Shown here: positions 60,860 through 64,000 of the stretch, piece after piece
How positions within the stretch are numbered: position 1 is the first letter of the stretch
Layout of the letters: every line of letters starts with the position of its first letter
Assembly (NCBI GenBank): GCA_950097015.1
Contig: CATNEN010000038.1
Span: forward strand, 13,950,001 to 14,014,000
Length of the DNA stretch: 64,000 nucleotides
Source: Macrostomum hystrix
Lineage: Eukaryota > Animalia > Platyhelminthes
Direction of reading: 5' to 3'
Translations under genes and position numbers: made by a program
The notes under the pieces: model-generated
Databases searched by the model: none
What the model was told of the DNA's origin: nothing
Seen by the model: only the letters and a program-made list of their open reading frames with translations

Positions 60860-61785
60860 GGTAGGAAAAAAGAGAAGGAGAGAAGAGGGAAGGAAGCAGA
60901 AAGCAAGGGGAGAAGAGAAGTAGGAGGGAAGAGAGAAAGGGGAGAAGAGAGGATGCGGAGAAGAGAGAAAGGGGAGAAGAGAGAAAGGGGAGAAGAGAGA
61001 AAGGGGAGAAGAGAGAAAGGGGAGAAGAGAGAAAGGGGAGAAGAGAGAAAGGGGAGAAGAGAGAAAGGGGAAAAGAGAGAAAGGGGAAAAGAGAGAAAAG
61101 GGGAAAAGAGAGAAAGGGGAGAAGAAAGGATGCGGAGAAGAGAGAAAGGGGAGAAGAGAGGATGCGGAGAAGAGAGAAAGGGGAGAAGAGAGGATGCGGA
61201 GAAGAGAGAAAGGGGAGAAGAGAGGATGCGGAGAAGAGAGAAAGGGGAGAAGAGAGAAAGGGGAGAAGAGAGAAAGGGGAGAAGAGAGAAAGGGGAAAAG
61301 AGAGAAAAGGGGAAAAGAGAGAAAGGGGAGAAGAAAGGATGCGGAGAAGAGAGAAAGGGGAGAAGAAAGGATGCGGAGAAGAGAGAAAGGGGAGAAAAAA
61401 GGATGCGGAGAAGAGAGAAAGGGGAGAAGAGAGGATGCGGAGAAGAGAGAAAGGGGAGAAGAGAGGATGCGGAGAAGAGAGAAAGGGGAGAAGAGAGAAA
61501 GGGGAAAAGAGAGAAAAGGGGAAAAGAGAGAAAGGGGAGAAGAAAGGATGCGGAAAAGAGAGAAAGGGGAGAAGAAAGGATGCGGAGAAGAGAGAAAGGG
61601 GAGAAGAAAGGATGCGGAGAAGAGAGAAAGGGGAGAAGAGAGGATGCGGAGAAGAGAGAAAGGGGAGAAGAGAGAAAGGGGAAAAGAGAGAAAAGGGGAA
61701 AAGAGAGAAAGGGGAGAAGAAAGGATGCGGAAAAGAGAGAAAGGGGAGAAGAAAGGATGCGGAGAAGAGAGAAAGGGGAGAAGAT
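60860..61785. repeat. Polypurine/polypyrimidine (GA-rich) compound minisatellite
   Basis: GAGAAGAGAGAAAGGG and GGATGCGGAGAAG units over about 0.9 kb, probably in a 5' UTR intron. Confidence 0.96.
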
Positions 61786-64000
61786 TACGAGCTATAATCA
61801 AAGTGTTGGCGTACCAAATCGATCCACTGAAACGAAGTGCCTGCAGTTAATGCTGAGGTATTTCTGCCTATTTTCTCGCAAAAATCATCCACAGAAAATA
61901 TCAGCGCGTTAAAAATATAACAATCCTAAACAGAAGAAGAATTACGCATTAGCGCAGAGACTGCATCCAATAATAGACTCAAACAGGTGAGTAGCTGCTG
62001 GAGCAGTTGCAGTAGATGCCAACGTTGAACAATCAGCCCGTCAGTTGGGCTCGACATCGGTTCGGCTAGATACAATCATTCGGAAGGCTGTCCTATGCGG
62101 GATGCGCTACGGAGCATTGTTGAGAACCGGCAATAGTCTGAGCCAAATATAGCTAAAACAGGGAGCGAGGGGTTGACAATGTTGCTACGGACCTAGCTTT
62201 TGTCTTCTCTGAGTCGGGCAGATTTTCTACTCTATCTTTCTTACCTTCTATAAAAAAATTGTCGTTCAAGTACTGTCGACTGAGTGCCCGCTGTCTGTAT
62301 GGAGGCCCGCCTGGCGCAAATGTGAAGCGAAGTCACGTCCTACATTTACATGTCTAGCGGACCAATAGCGGCACGCTAGTCTCTTCCCTTCGGCCTCGGC
62401 TCCCGTGGGTTGATAATAGAAAATAATAATACGATTGGCAGCTTGGCGCAATATTTTCTGGACTTTTTTCTCAGGATCTTAGGCGGGATGACGGAAGCGG
62501 GGGCTTTTGTGTGTCGCAGGGAGAGGCGGGTCGTTGGGATTTCAAGGATTTGTGAGATTATGCGCGCTTGAGCAGCCGGCCTGAGGCAGAGCGGGGCTGT
62601 TGGGGGGCTGGGGGTTAGACAGGCCGAATACTCTTGTGGATTTGGGGATCTGAGGAAGGAGGGAAGGAGGGGGAGAAGGCTAGATTCACAATTCTGTCTC
62701 TCCGGATCCCGCTTCACCGTACTCAAGGAGGGGAAGAGCGGGTGCCGGGTAAGCGCTGTGAAGGGAGAGCAAAACCAGATATGACCAAATCGGGTCTCCT
62801 GACTCTCCGCGTCATTCTCAGCTGCAACAGTAGCAGCTGCTGCTGCAGCGGCAGCTCAAGGATGCGGGCCCCGAGGAGGCTGTGCTTCCCTGCCGCCCCT
62901 CCTCCCTCCCCTCATACTGCAATGCTTGACGATTGAGTGAAGGTGAAGGAGGCGGTGGTTGATCTCGCGTTAACTATCGTTATTGCTATCCTTCATATAT
63001 TATAATGCCTTATGCTGTATATTCAGGTCTATACCTATATAGTAAGATTTTTAATTACAGGAGCAGCAGAGCAGCTCGCGATAATTGGATTGTGATTTAT
63101 TTTCTCTTCAGAAGAGAGTCACTCGTTCGCCGTAACCCTCATGAGATGTCTTTCGACTGCCTCCGTTCAGTTAACAGCCTCTTTTTTACGTTACTTCCGT
63201 TACCTTTGCTGTCTCGAATAAATCCGTTACTTTTGCTGTCTCTATTATTTACGTTACTTGTACTCGATTCGCTACTTTTGTACTAATGCTGTCTATGCTA
63301 CTTGAAAATGGTGCACTCGCACTGTTATGACCATGCTTCCGTTACGTTAACTGCATCGAATACTTTCGCTAATCTCATTCCGCTTATTCGTTACTTTTAA
63401 TATTTTCGATAATTCGTTACTTTTGCTATCTCTGCTACTAATGCTATTTTTAGTGTATTCCCGCTGTCAAGACTATATCTAAGTTAATTTTGCCGTGTGC
63501 CAGGACTACAGGACGAATACTTCGGTCACTTTGGGGACTTATCTACTTACGTTACGCTAGCAGTCTCCGCTGATTCGTTTAATTCAGCAATATTTTGCTT
63601 TCTTGCCATTTCATGCGCAACTTTTGCTCCGTTAATTTTTGTTCTAAAAATAGTCCTAAGAATGTGTTATGCTATGGTTTACAGTTTCTTATAACAATGC
63701 ACTTCGCCAAAAAACCAATACTAAAAATATTTAGGAGTATTACTTTCCCTTAATCATAGACCTAGGGCATAATTCACTTTTTATTATCATAAAGTATCCG
63801 CTCTTATTATGATTTTCTATCGAATCCATTCTGGCGCTAATTCAAAATATAAAATTCAAACAAATTTAGTGCGCTCAGAAAATGAAATTATAGCTGAAAG
63901 CAAAGGCCGGTAATGTATTAGATGCAGAGCCGAAATGGAAGCTATGAAAATTCGAACTGAAAGCTTTGTCCTTCGGGGTTTGGTATAATTGAATTTGTTC

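Noticed and set aside
60617-61912. Long R/E/K/G-rich and F/S/L/P-rich ORFs
   Set aside because: A polypurine repeat lacks stop codons by composition.

Overview
Eukaryotic (animal) genomic DNA with spliced genes: GC-rich exons, GT-AG introns, and a different minisatellite in nearly every intron and intergenic gap. The style resembles a free-living flatworm such as Macrostomum (inference only). Gene models, left to right: a partial unknown gene (-), an 86-aa two-exon membrane microprotein (-), a PHD+RING+RING+acidic-tail protein (-), a decayed Merlin/IS1595-type transposase (-), two convergent GALNT10-subfamily polypeptide GalNAc-transferases that share no intron position, QTRT2 (-), an EGFR-family receptor with an intronless coding region (-), an atypical TGF-beta/activin type I receptor (-) with a detached Cys-rich upstream exon, STXBP4/Synip-like (+) and an uncharacterised single-TM protein (-). 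There are two tRNA-derived SINE families and about 27 tandem arrays. The most striking unexplained signal occurs twice: a CpG-retaining island between divergent genes, flanked on both sides by 1-3 kb domains almost devoid of CpG and rich in the palindrome TAGGCCTA. Inside one such domain the transposase has all three catalytic residues changed by CpG-type transitions and several C-TAG stop codons. This suggests a localised cytosine-modification or hypermutation process (CpG then CAG/CTG). Other leads are candidate trans-spliced or polycistronic organisation, a SINE-bounded duplication of an exon fragment, and minisatellites built from TF-motif-like or splice-site sequences.
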